A stretch of 63,239 nt of DNA, counting the filler, from Pseudobdellovibrionaceae bacterium (GTDB taxonomy: Bacteria > Bdellovibrionota > Bdellovibrionia > Bdellovibrionales > UBA1609): NCBI GenBank assembly GCA_030591685.1. It is 4 parts of 4 records of this genome, joined end to end, with 100 filler letters (N's around TTAATTAATTAA, not from the genome) between each part and the next. Parts side by side here need not be neighbours in the genome. Positions count along the whole stretch, not along the records: positions 1 to 28,872 come from JAUVAX010000001.1; 3 more parts are not named here. The stretch is one strand, 5' to 3'. A model generated the notes under the pieces. The model was not told the DNA's origin and searched no databases. It saw nothing but the letters and a program-made list of their open reading frames with translations. How positions within the stretch are numbered: position 1 is the stretch's first letter; every line of letters begins with the position of its first letter. Position numbers and translations under genes: made by a program. Shown one piece after another: positions 1 to 10,050 of this stretch.

Positions 1-125
1 CCGCTATCAAGAAGCCCTGCTAAACGAGACAGCACATAGCACTGAGTTTTTGATTGAAAGAAAAACTGCAGGTCCGGGGTTTCCGAAAATGGGTTTTTAC
101 TAAAATTGTAAAACTCGTTAAACAT
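1..125 (-). CDS. ExeA/GspA/MshM-family AAA ATPase, N-terminus only (runs off window)
   Basis: Not in ORF track. Manual translation from ATG at 125 gives MFNEFYNFSKNPFSETPDLQFFFQSKTQCYVLSRLAGLLDS, matching the ExeA/MshM start MY..FFG....PF..TPD..F.F.S; next to pilin and pilC. Confidence 0.75.
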   Translation of the reverse strand, partial: MFNEFYNFSKNPFSETPDLQFFFQSKTQCYVLSRLAGLLDS

Positions 126-524
126 AAATCATGCCTTGCCTTTAAAAAAGCCTATTAGTTCTCACTTATATATTCGGAAAAATCCAGTGCATTAATAAGT
201 CCAGTTAAGACCAACTATGGTCTAGTTTTTAATGCTTATTTTTTGATCTATTTATTGAGGCCTTAATGTCTTTGGCTCTCCTCCATAGAGAGGGGCTAAA
301 CACTGCCGTGGGAGGGCCGTTTACAAGATTAAACCTCCCTAATGCTTCGGCCATACGCGGGTGAATACTCGTCTTTATTGATTAAAAATTAAGTATCTTT
401 AAAATTCTAGACCAAAATGCTCCAAATAGTTGATTTTAAACAAATACTTACATAGAATTTTCATATGGGATTCTTAAAATTAAAAACTAATAGACCCCAC
501 TTTTAAAGCCAGCGAGGACAACAG

Positions 525-1061
525 ATGAAAAAATACAGACAACGTGGTTTTACCCTAGTAGAAATTTTAATGGTTTTAATCATTGTGGCTATTTTAGCTG
601 CGGTGGGTATGAACGCCTTTATTGATTTTCAAACTGAGGCGCGGGATGCCTCCCTTCGAAGTAACCTCGGGGCACTTAGAGCGGGCATTGTAGCTCAAAT
701 TGGAAACATGCAGCTCAGGTGTGCCTCTACAACTAAGTTCCCAGACGCTGCCGACATAACCGCTAACGACATTACAACTAATGTACAATGTACTGCTGGT
801 GAAGTTGCTGATGCTTCAGATCGGCTTTTTATAACAGGCTCTATCCCTGAAAACCCATGGGGCTGCCCGTTATGCCTTGCTCCCACCATTGCTTCAAACA
901 CGATTACTGACTGTACGGCTGGAGATTGCACCCCTGGATCTGTTTTAATGTGTGATGGATCCATTGCGGGGGCCGAAACCTCGACTGGGGGCTGGTGTTA
1001 TAACCCCGCCACTGGTGAAATCTGGCCCGACATGAACGATGCGGCTAAAGAACTCTTTTAA
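525..1061 (+). CDS. Type IV pilin / pseudopilin (MshA/GspG-like), Cys-rich
   Basis: Prepilin cleavage and N-methylation motif RG|FTLVEILMVL, hydrophobic helix, 8 Cys, GAGGA RBS. Confidence 0.9.
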   Translation: MKKYRQRGFTLVEILMVLIIVAILAAVGMNAFIDFQTEARDASLRSNLGALRAGIVAQIGNMQLRCASTTKFPDAADITANDITTNVQCTAGEVADASDRLFITGSIPENPWGCPLCLAPTIASNTITDCTAGDCTPGSVLMCDGSIAGAETSTGGWCYNPATGEIWPDMNDAAKELF

Positions 1062-1119
1062 ATTGAAAATATTAATTTAAAACTGATTTTTTAATTAAAA
1101 CTAAAGAGACTCAAAGTAA

Positions 1120-2379
1120 ATGATGTCTACAGATACAAAATTTCATTTTAAAGCTCGTAAAATCAATGGTGAACTGACTCAGGGTGAGATCTCGGCTGTA
1201 TCCTCAAAAGACGCTTCTGATCAAATATCTAAACTAGGCCTTATACCCATAGAGATTAAATCTATAGGGGGGGCCTCCGGCCTAAAAGACCTTAAAAACC
1301 TGACCTTTACCGACTTAAAAAACATGATGACCCAAGTGCCAAAAAACGAACTACTCGCCTTTACTCAACAGTTACATATTATTATTTCAGTGGGCGCACC
1401 ACTGATTGATGGCTTAAAGTTAATTGATAAAACCACCGAACACCCCTTGTTAAAAAAGGCCCTCATAGATATTTCAAACCAACTGGCTGAAGGGTCCACC
1501 CTAGCTCATGCCATGGACAAGCACCCTAAAGTTTTTAACTCTGTTTACGTGCACATGATAAATATTGGTGAGGAGTCCGGTAAGCTAGAAACAGTATTAG
1601 AGCGTCTTTATAGTATTATAGAGTCCGAGACCGACAATCGAAACAAAGTCAAAGCGGCTCTTTTTTACCCAAAAATGGTTTTTGCTATGATTGGCATTGT
1701 GGTTGTGGTTATGATGAATTTTATCGTACCCAAAGTCTCACTTTTTTATGAAAAACTCGGCGCTGGCAGCCTGCCCCTACCCACTCGCATGGTCATTGCT
1801 ACTTCTGATTTTTTTACCAATAATTTTTTTATACTTATCTTTATTTTTGTAGCTAGTTATTTTGCCTTTAATAAGTGGGTTAAGACTGAAAAAGGCCGCC
1901 TCATGTGGGACAGCTTTAAACTAAAAATCCCCGTCCTAGGGCCCTTACTCATAGAGATTGAAATGAATTCATTTTGTATTATTTTACAAATGCTTATACT
2001 CAGTGGATTGAGTATAGTGAGGTCCCTAGAAATTCTCCAAGGCACTTTATCAAATAAAATTGTAATCAATGATGTGGATAATTGCAGAAAGCATCTTTTA
2101 ACGGGCGGTAAAATTGGTGAGGCTTTAGAGAAAAGTCGTACCTTCCCCCCTATACTCACTGGCCTTATTGCCATTGGTGAAGAGGGGGGCTCTTTAGAGT
2201 CTGTACTTGAAAAGTCAGCACGGCACTACAAAATGAGGATTGAGTATAAACTCAATAACCTAGCCAAAGCCATCGAGCCGTTTTTACTGGTTGTTATTTT
2301 TGGAATTGTTTTAACTCTGGCGCTGGCTGTGTTCTTGCCCATCTGGAACCTTTCTTCAGCTATAAAGAGGGGGGGCTAA
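1120..2379 (+). CDS. pilC: T2SS F / PilC / MshG inner-membrane platform protein
   Basis: Two T2SSF repeats (GEESGKLETVL, GEEGGSLESVL), YP motif before TM1, C-terminal IEP...AVFLPIWNL. Confidence 0.92.
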   Translation: MMSTDTKFHFKARKINGELTQGEISAVSSKDASDQISKLGLIPIEIKSIGGASGLKDLKNLTFTDLKNMMTQVPKNELLAFTQQLHIIISVGAPLIDGLKLIDKTTEHPLLKKALIDISNQLAEGSTLAHAMDKHPKVFNSVYVHMINIGEESGKLETVLERLYSIIESETDNRNKVKAALFYPKMVFAMIGIVVVVMMNFIVPKVSLFYEKLGAGSLPLPTRMVIATSDFFTNNFFILIFIFVASYFAFNKWVKTEKGRLMWDSFKLKIPVLGPLLIEIEMNSFCIILQMLILSGLSIVRSLEILQGTLSNKIVINDVDNCRKHLLTGGKIGEALEKSRTFPPILTGLIAIGEEGGSLESVLEKSARHYKMRIEYKLNNLAKAIEPFLLVVIFGIVLTLALAVFLPIWNLSSAIKRGG

Positions 2380-2695
2380 AGCCCTCAAGACACATACCTT
2401 TTTTTATCATAATTACAGGGCCTTGCAGGCCTTTTTTGCTACCCCCCCCCCTCGAATAAAGTTAAGCCCTGTTTTTAGGGCTAAGCTCTTATAGTCACTG
2501 ACTATTTATTCTCCTCAAGTCATCTTCACCGTAAAAAAGGGTATTATTTACATTCCTTAATAGGCTTAAGTCAGGCTTTTTACCTTATAATCTCAATTTT
2601 TTAAGATCATATGTTAGAGTACAAAAAGTTAATTTCTGTCAGTTTTTAACTGTATACGCATTTAATTGTATAGGCTTTTCTAGCAGGGGTTTTTA

Positions 2696-3190
2696 ATGAG
2701 CATTTTTGGTTTTAAAATTAATTTTACACTTCTCTTGCTGAGCCTAACTCTTTTAGCCTGTTCAGCCCCCGAGAACCCACCAAGTGTTTTAGAGGAGCCT
2801 CAAGAAAGTGATATTAGCAGAATTCTTGACTCTCTTATTTTAGAAGCTGAAAATCGAGACCTTTATACCTTTAAACCTAAGCTCAATACATTAAGTATTA
2901 TCTTTATAGACAACCCGCTCATGAAAACCACCGGTCAGTGTGTAAAAAAGGATCGCTTTCATAAAAAAAACATTATATCCCTTAACAAATCAAATTGGGC
3001 CCTCTTAACTGACAGCGAAAAAGAAAAGCTACTCGCCCACGAAATTGGCCACTGCATTTTAAATAAAAAAGACTCACATGGGATTATGGCCAAGCATGGG
3101 GTTAATAAAGTTATCACAGATGAAAATTATAAGATTTTAAGAACAAAATTATTTGATGATTTTTTCTCTAATACTCAAGAAAGCCTGTAG
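2696..3190 (+). CDS. Lipoprotein with zincin HExxH motif (putative metalloprotease)
   Basis: Lipobox LLAC; LLAHEIGHCIL followed by GIM Met-turn-like motif. Confidence 0.65.
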   Translation: MSIFGFKINFTLLLLSLTLLACSAPENPPSVLEEPQESDISRILDSLILEAENRDLYTFKPKLNTLSIIFIDNPLMKTTGQCVKKDRFHKKNIISLNKSNWALLTDSEKEKLLAHEIGHCILNKKDSHGIMAKHGVNKVITDENYKILRTKLFDDFFSNTQESL

Positions 3191-3193
3191 TTG

Positions 3194-3688
3194 TTACCAG
3201 ACCCCTTCAAATCCACTTGGTAGTAAGTTCCATTTAGAGCTGTAGACATGAACCTTCTTAGTACTCAGGCCGGCTTTGTTAACAAGATCCCCACCACTAC
3301 TCACCCAGCCTAATAGGCTACCTTTTAAGTTAAAAACCCTAAAACCTTTTTTAAACAAAGTTTTAGAATACCGTGAGCTTCTGTAACCGATTGTACAGTA
3401 AGTAATGACTTTTTTACCCTTATACTTACCCATTGAAGCCTCGAACTCTTTAAGGGGGATGGCTCCTGGGATCATAGAGGTCTGCTGCTCTTTTTTAGAC
3501 CGTACATCTACTAAAACAAACTCTGATGGGTTCAACGCCTTAATATCCTTTAAAGAGACTTCTGAAACCCCAGCCGTTGTAATTATAGACTCTTTATACA
3601 TTTTTAAAATTTTTTCTTTTTTCCCGCTTTTAGCTTGTGAACTTAACACACTAAAAATAACTATGAATACCAATAGCTTTAGACTCAA
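3194..3688 (-). CDS. Secreted rhodanese-like domain protein
   Basis: Signal peptide; LVDVRS, IPGA, YCTIGYRS, NLKGSLLGW. Confidence 0.88.
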   Translation of the reverse strand: MSLKLLVFIVIFSVLSSQAKSGKKEKILKMYKESIITTAGVSEVSLKDIKALNPSEFVLVDVRSKKEQQTSMIPGAIPLKEFEASMGKYKGKKVITYCTIGYRSSRYSKTLFKKGFRVFNLKGSLLGWVSSGGDLVNKAGLSTKKVHVYSSKWNLLPSGFEGVW

Positions 3689-3922
3689 ACTTTACCCCCC
3701 CTCACTGAACATAAACTCTACGGCAGAATGCTCTTCTTTACTAGTCCTCGGTCTGAACTGCATATGCTAGTTTTAGATTTTATTAATCATTTTCTAGCTA
3801 TGTTAGACCCAAGACATAAGCCCTTTTCTAATACTTTTAATAAAAGTTATCTGATTTAACGACAAGTTTGTTTTTAATATTCACTGTTTATGGTGGTGAT
3901 ATCAATCACGGTGATTTAAACC

Positions 3923-5188
3923 CTAGCTGCTCAGTTCATTAACAACTAAGGCCCCTATGATATCGCCTTCTACATTGACGGCTGTTCTAAATGTATCTAG
4001 TGGTTTTTCAACGACCATTAAAACACCAATACCCTCTAATGGAATACCTACAGCTAAAAGCACCATTTGCATGCCGGACATAGACCCTGAAGGCATCCCC
4101 GGGGCCCCTATTGAGGACACCACTGCCATAAAAAATATACTTATCATTTGAAAGTTTGATAACTCCATACCAAATATATAAGCCAAAAACACAGCGGCAA
4201 CACCCTCAAATAATGCGGTCCCGTCCATGTTCATAGTGGCCCCCAAGGGAAGAACAAAACTAGATACCTTTTTTTTCACCCCAAAGTTTTCTTCACAAGT
4301 ACTCATACTTACAGGCAAAGTGGCTAAGCTAGAAGATGTCCCTAAGGCTAATAACAGGGGCTTAGAAGCTTTTGAGAAAAACTCACGGTACCCTATTTTA
4401 GTAAATACTCTTAAAATAACTGGTAATACTAGGGCCCCATGAACCAGTGTTGCCCCCAAAACAACCAAACAAAAAGATAGCATTTGCCATAAAATCACAG
4501 ACTTAAACTGAAACTGAAAAGTAAAAGCAATAGCAAAAACCCCCAAAGGAGCAAAATTAATAACCCAAGATAATATTTTACTTAAAACCAAGTTGGCCTG
4601 GGTAATAGTGCTCACAATACTAGGTTCAATGGATCCCAACATAATAAAAGCAATCCCTATTAAAAAAGCCCAAAAAACAATGCCTAAGATATTATTTTTT
4701 ACAAAAGCATCCACAGGGTTTACTAATATTCTTTGAGACATGTTTCTTATGACACTCACTGTGGTAGCTTGATCTTTTTTAATTTGTGTTTTCGGGAGCT
4801 GATAATGTTGCTGGGCCTGAGGGTGACTCGCATCGGCCACGTCATTAGCTTCAGACTCCCAGGGGTGAATAAAAAACACCACGATAAGGCCAATGACTAT
4901 AGCGATGGTTGTGGTGGACATATAATAACTAAGTGTTCTCCGACCCAGGCTACCTAAATGACTGAGTTCAGAAATTTGAATCATACCGGCTAAAAGTGAG
5001 ACAAAAACAATAGGAGTCACTAACATTTTAAGAGCTGAAAAAAAGACCTCTTTTACAAGCGTTATCATTTGATACACTTCAGACGTTTCAGGCGAAGAAA
5101 TAATGCCAAAGTGTTGCACGAGATAAGCTAGCAAATAGCCTAAAACACCACTGATTATGATCCATATTGAGAGATATTTCTTCCACAT
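3923..5188 (-). CDS. Dicarboxylate/amino acid:cation symporter (DAACS, GltP family)
   Basis: TSSSLATLP, LPLGATMNMDGTAL, DTFRTAVNVEGD signatures; multiple TM segments. Confidence 0.95.
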   Translation of the reverse strand: MWKKYLSIWIIISGVLGYLLAYLVQHFGIISSPETSEVYQMITLVKEVFFSALKMLVTPIVFVSLLAGMIQISELSHLGSLGRRTLSYYMSTTTIAIVIGLIVVFFIHPWESEANDVADASHPQAQQHYQLPKTQIKKDQATTVSVIRNMSQRILVNPVDAFVKNNILGIVFWAFLIGIAFIMLGSIEPSIVSTITQANLVLSKILSWVINFAPLGVFAIAFTFQFQFKSVILWQMLSFCLVVLGATLVHGALVLPVILRVFTKIGYREFFSKASKPLLLALGTSSSLATLPVSMSTCEENFGVKKKVSSFVLPLGATMNMDGTALFEGVAAVFLAYIFGMELSNFQMISIFFMAVVSSIGAPGMPSGSMSGMQMVLLAVGIPLEGIGVLMVVEKPLDTFRTAVNVEGDIIGALVVNELSS

Positions 5189-5319
5189 AATAGATTACGT
5201 CCTTTAATTCTTCTTACTTATAAAAATCCTACTATGAATTAAACAATGGTTTCAAGCTTTTTAGCCTTATCTCATAACAATCCTATGTCGATAAGAATCT
5301 TGTGTGAGATAATGTATAG

Positions 5320-8073
5320 GTGGAAAGAGGTACGTTAATGGTTTTAGCACAAAAAGGCTTTAAAAAGTGGGCTTGGTATTTATCAATAATATTATTGATG
5401 AGCGCCTGCGCTGAAGATGAGCCCGCTGATGATGAAGCGATTATAAATTCAAATGTAGGTATTATTACCTTCAAAAACGGAGCCAGCTATAATTTTGGCG
5501 GCGTGCTTAACTCGAAATCCTCTGAAACCAGTATATTTGTTAAAAATTCAGGTCCTAATAAGGTCATTCAGTTAGCTGGTAAATACATTACAGCCCCTTT
5601 TAATTATAAAGGCGGTTCATACCCAGGAACTAATGGCTCTTGTGGCGCAGAGTTGGCGGCGGGAGCCACCTGTAGCCTCCACTTAGTGTACACCCCTACT
5701 GATTTAAATAACCACACTTCTAGTTTAAAAATAAACTACTTTAATGGGGTCGATAACAAGGCCGCTGAAACCACTCTGCTCGGTAAAGGAGCATTGCCTG
5801 CAACCTTAGAGAGCTCAGTAAGCCCCTTTGATTTTACAGAGACTGTTTTACTCGAAACAACCTCCACAACCCTGACTATTACTAATTCAGGCGAAGTCAG
5901 TGCAGAGAGTATAGCGCCTGGAAATTTAACTCTCCCCTTTTCATTCACAGGAGGCACTTACCCAGGTACTGGTGGAGACTGTGGGGAGACTTTAACCTCA
6001 GGGAGTAACTGCGTAATCAGCTTAAGTTTTTCACCCAAAACAGTAGATACATTTAGTGACAATTTAATTTTAAGTTATAACAATGGCCTCGTCGCCTCAA
6101 ATCTAGATATACCCATCAGTGGCACCTCACTCCCCCCCTTGGCCCCCGAAGTTACAGGGCTACTTAATCAATCTGACCCTTCAAAGTCAGCCACCTGGAG
6201 TTGGGGATGCACGGGCACCTGTGAGTATAGGTATGTGATTAACACAGAAGCTATTTTCACATTTACTACAGAAAATTATGGCGCGAGCAATACAGCTACC
6301 ACTGATTCTGTAACAGGGACCTATTACATACATGTTCAAGCCAGAGATACTAATTACTTAACTGAGTCCCTTGTGGCTACTGTCATAGGAGTTTTAGATA
6401 ATACAGCTCCCCTTTTAACAGGACCTGTAAATATTAGTAGTGATGCCACTGAAACCTCTAGCAGCACGGCCTCATGGAATGCTGCCACTGAAGAGACGGC
6501 TTTTGACCACTATGAGTTAGCTATAGGGACGACCAGTAAGGGCACTGATGTTTTTAACTGGACTAATATTACTGACACCCTCACTCACAAAGTACTTAAC
6601 TTATTATTACAATCTACGAGTTCATACTACACTTCTATAAAAGCCATAGATAAGGCGGGGAACATTAGTACTATTTTATCATCAAGCGCTTGGTCCCCCC
6701 CCGGCCCTTCCAATGCCATTATTAACCTTTCTACTTCTAGTATTGGGATCACTAATATTGATTTAAGTTGGAGTGCTCCTAATGATAACGGGACGGCCAT
6801 TACTGATTACACTATCGAGTTTAAACTCTCCTCAGGATCCACATGGGGGGTGTTTAATGATGGGGTGTCCGCAGCAACCACGGCTTCTATTACGGGGCTC
6901 ACCGGGTCTACAAGTTATGATTTTAGAGTGATTGCATATAATGGCTCAAGCTCTGGAGCCTCCAATGTCATTACAGTGATTACAATTATTGACGATCCAT
7001 TTTTTGACCCCGCAGGCTATAAGGCCATGAATTTAGGGGGAGCTGTGACCTCTCAAGTGGTGGCCCTTGATGATGCGACGACCTTTGAGCTCTTTCGTTC
7101 AGGGGCATTAGTAGAGACCTATACTTTAAATAGTCATGAAACTCATAAATTTTCCTCTCAACAAAATGATCTTCTTTCAGCGGATAAGCCCTTTTTTGTG
7201 GCTGGTAAAAAAGGGACTAGTCGATTTGAAGATCGTTTAGCTAATATAACCTGGAATACTCCTGATTGGGCTGGAAAGACCTTTTTATTTACCGCCAATA
7301 TATATGGCCCCCATGAGGTCACAATTCATGCCTTTGAAGATGCAAATGTTGAGATTAAGCAAGGGGCGACAGTTGTTGACTCCATCATACTCACTCCGGG
7401 GGTTACACATACATTTTTAATTGCAGCCGATGGAGCCTTTGAGGTTTCAAGTACTGGCTTTATTATCTCTTATGTCATCTCCACTAACAGCGGCAACCGA
7501 AACTATAACCCAAGGCCTCTTTTGCCGGCCAGTCATGATATTATCGGGTTCCCCTCCCAGTCGGCTTTTTTATCATCAGTAAACTCTTCAAACTCATTTA
7601 CAGCAACGCACTCAAATGACATGATCGAATCCTCTACTCTTATCTCTGGGACTGACTATGAGGTTTTAGCCCAAGGGAGCCCTACAAAGTTTCAGTGTGA
7701 GGCCGTTCGAGTGATCGCAAGTAGCAATATAGTGGCCTTTTCTCAAGATGACGGAGATGGGTTCAGCGCCACCCCCTTCATCCCTGTCAATTTGATGAAA
7801 ACCCGTTATGCCATTAACGTGAGCGCCAGCTATGTGGCCTTTACTTCCGTTGAACCGGCTGATGTGCTAATTACATATGCCGATGGCTCTCAGTCCACAT
7901 TAACCTTAACCCGCTCGGGGTCTGACTCAAAAGCCCCCTATTTTGGTCGAGTCACTTTACAAGGAGAGGGGACTATATACTCTTCAACCACTCCCTTTGC
8001 TGCATGGTATGAGTCGAACGTAGACCGAAGTTCAGCTACTAATGATGAAACCGTTTTATTTGGGGCCAACTAA
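5320..8073 (+). CDS. Large surface lipoprotein / adhesin with Ig-like (choice-of-anchor D type) repeats and FN3 domains; likely start ATG 5338
   Basis: Lipobox MSAC; two F.(Y/F).GG.YPGT.G.CG..L..G..C repeats; FN3 motif LSWSAP..NG..ITDY...GL...TSYDFRV.AYN; Ser/Thr-rich. Confidence 0.8.
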   Translation: MERGTLMVLAQKGFKKWAWYLSIILLMSACAEDEPADDEAIINSNVGIITFKNGASYNFGGVLNSKSSETSIFVKNSGPNKVIQLAGKYITAPFNYKGGSYPGTNGSCGAELAAGATCSLHLVYTPTDLNNHTSSLKINYFNGVDNKAAETTLLGKGALPATLESSVSPFDFTETVLLETTSTTLTITNSGEVSAESIAPGNLTLPFSFTGGTYPGTGGDCGETLTSGSNCVISLSFSPKTVDTFSDNLILSYNNGLVASNLDIPISGTSLPPLAPEVTGLLNQSDPSKSATWSWGCTGTCEYRYVINTEAIFTFTTENYGASNTATTDSVTGTYYIHVQARDTNYLTESLVATVIGVLDNTAPLLTGPVNISSDATETSSSTASWNAATEETAFDHYELAIGTTSKGTDVFNWTNITDTLTHKVLNLLLQSTSSYYTSIKAIDKAGNISTILSSSAWSPPGPSNAIINLSTSSIGITNIDLSWSAPNDNGTAITDYTIEFKLSSGSTWGVFNDGVSAATTASITGLTGSTSYDFRVIAYNGSSSGASNVITVITIIDDPFFDPAGYKAMNLGGAVTSQVVALDDATTFELFRSGALVETYTLNSHETHKFSSQQNDLLSADKPFFVAGKKGTSRFEDRLANITWNTPDWAGKTFLFTANIYGPHEVTIHAFEDANVEIKQGATVVDSIILTPGVTHTFLIAADGAFEVSSTGFIISYVISTNSGNRNYNPRPLLPASHDIIGFPSQSAFLSSVNSSNSFTATHSNDMIESSTLISGTDYEVLAQGSPTKFQCEAVRVIASSNIVAFSQDDGDGFSATPFIPVNLMKTRYAINVSASYVAFTSVEPADVLITYADGSQSTLTLTRSGSDSKAPYFGRVTLQGEGTIYSSTTPFAAWYESNVDRSSATNDETVLFGAN

Positions 8074-8194
8074 GTATTAAAAGAAACTTCTCAATATAAC
8101 GAACACCTCCCCTCTTTTTTTTACCCCAGATACCCTTTGAGTTCTTCATGCCTCTCAATTATAATCAAACAAACCCTTAAACTACTGTGCTTTT

Positions 8195-9001
8195 ATGAAA
8201 AATATTTTTGACCTATTACCTATATCCAGAAGACAGAGAGAGAAGATTATTTTCTCTCTCATGCCCAATTTACTTATGGAGTTATTTGATAAGTATTTAC
8301 GTCTACATGTTTCTGGCGCTGAGAACATACCAAAAAAAGGCCCTGTGTTAATAATACCTAACCACTCTGGGTACTCGGGCCTTGATGCCATGATTTTATC
8401 CCATGAGATTGTAAAACTAAAAAATAGAATCCCAAAAGTTTTAACTCACCACTTATGGTTTGCCTCTGAATTAACGGCAAAGCCCGCTCAAAAGCTGGGG
8501 TTTATTGAAGCTACCTCTAAAAACGGACTTCATGAATTGCAAAATGACCACATAGTTATTGTTTTTCCCGAAGGGGAGCGAGGCAACTTTAAACCCACTA
8601 AATATGCCTACAAATTACAAGAGTTCAAAAGAGGCTTTATTCGCATGGCCCTAGAAACCCATGCCACCATAATACCAGCCATTATTGTCGGGGCTGAAGA
8701 GACGCATATAAATTTAAAAAAAATAAAATTTGGCAAAAACAAATTCGGCGTCTCTCTCCCCGTGCCATTAAATGTATTTCCGTTGCCGGTAAAGTGGAAC
8801 ATCAAATTTTTACCTAGGATTCACCTCCCCTACGATAAAGGGGCTGTTTCTGATTCAGCTCTTGTACATAAGCTCAGTGAACAGATACAGATCAAAATGC
8901 AGCAAGCTCTAAATGAAGAGTTGCAGCAAAGAAAGGGAGTGTTTATAAATCGCCCCAACTGGCTTAAAGATACCCTTAAAAACTTTGGTATTAAGTTTTG
9001 A
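8195..9001 (+). CDS. Lysophospholipid/glycerol acyltransferase (PlsC/LPLAT family)
   Basis: NHSGYSGLD (HX4-6D) and VFPEG motifs; FKRGFIRMA. Confidence 0.88.
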   Translation: MKNIFDLLPISRRQREKIIFSLMPNLLMELFDKYLRLHVSGAENIPKKGPVLIIPNHSGYSGLDAMILSHEIVKLKNRIPKVLTHHLWFASELTAKPAQKLGFIEATSKNGLHELQNDHIVIVFPEGERGNFKPTKYAYKLQEFKRGFIRMALETHATIIPAIIVGAEETHINLKKIKFGKNKFGVSLPVPLNVFPLPVKWNIKFLPRIHLPYDKGAVSDSALVHKLSEQIQIKMQQALNEELQQRKGVFINRPNWLKDTLKNFGIKF

Positions 9002-9034
9002 CCCTTTTTTAAAATTCATTTACTGTTAGTTGAT

Positions 9035-10009
9035 ATGCATAAGCTCTCAACCCCTATTACTAAAATGCTTAACATTGATGTCCCTATTATTGGTGCTCCG
9101 ATGTTTTTAGTCTCTAACGAAGACATGGTGGTCGCTATCAGTGAGGCCGGTGGTATAGGGACCTTCCCCTCATTAAACTATCGACCCACTGAGGATTTTT
9201 TACGCGCTCTTAAAAGCATTAAACAGCGCACTTCAAAGCCCATAGGGGTGAACATCATTGTTAATAAAAGTAATCTTCGACAGGCCGAAGACCTTAAACA
9301 CAGCCTCAACTGCGGAGTTGAGCTGTATATCACCTCACTTGGTAATCCTAAAGATGTGATCCGTGAGGCTCACAAAAATGGTGCAAAAGTATTTTGTGAT
9401 GTCATAAATATAGAGCAAGCAAAAAAAGTGCAAGATCTCGGCGCTGATGCTGTCGTTGCCGTATGCAGTGGTGCGGGGGGGCATGCCGGACCCACCACCC
9501 CCATGGTTCTTATACCATGGCTGAAGGAGCAACTGAGTATTCCTGTTATTGCCGCCGGTGGTATTGCCAATGGGGCAACTATGGCCTCGGCCTTTTGTCT
9601 AGGAGCAAGTGCTGTGCACGTTGGCACCCGATTTATTGCCTCTAGTGAGTGTCAAGTGACCACTAATTACAAGCAGGCTATTATTAACTCCTCACCTGAG
9701 AAAATTATTTTTACCGATAAAGTGACCGGCACACCTTGTAATTTTATCCATACTAAAGACCTAGACAACCATAAGAGCCTGCCTAAGTTTATAAACAGAC
9801 TCAAAAAAAATAAAACCTTAAAGCCTTTCATCTCCCCCCTACTCAAAATAATGGGTAAAAAAGCCTTTATAAACTCACTCACTACACAAAAAAATATTTG
9901 GTCTGCGGGGCAAACCGTAGGGCTTATACATGATATCAAGCCCTGTAAGGACATCATTGAAGAAATGGTGACAAGCTACCATGAAGCACTTCATAAAAGC
10001 CCCAGATAA
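9035..10009 (+). CDS. Nitronate monooxygenase / FabK-like FMN oxidoreductase
   Basis: PIIGAPM, AGGHAG, PVIAAGGI, GTRFIASSE, WSAGQ. Confidence 0.9.
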   Translation: MHKLSTPITKMLNIDVPIIGAPMFLVSNEDMVVAISEAGGIGTFPSLNYRPTEDFLRALKSIKQRTSKPIGVNIIVNKSNLRQAEDLKHSLNCGVELYITSLGNPKDVIREAHKNGAKVFCDVINIEQAKKVQDLGADAVVAVCSGAGGHAGPTTPMVLIPWLKEQLSIPVIAAGGIANGATMASAFCLGASAVHVGTRFIASSECQVTTNYKQAIINSSPEKIIFTDKVTGTPCNFIHTKDLDNHKSLPKFINRLKKNKTLKPFISPLLKIMGKKAFINSLTTQKNIWSAGQTVGLIHDIKPCKDIIEEMVTSYHEALHKSPR

Positions 10010-10050
10010 AAGCCCTTTCTTTTTGTCAAAAAACAGCAGATAATTTCCAT

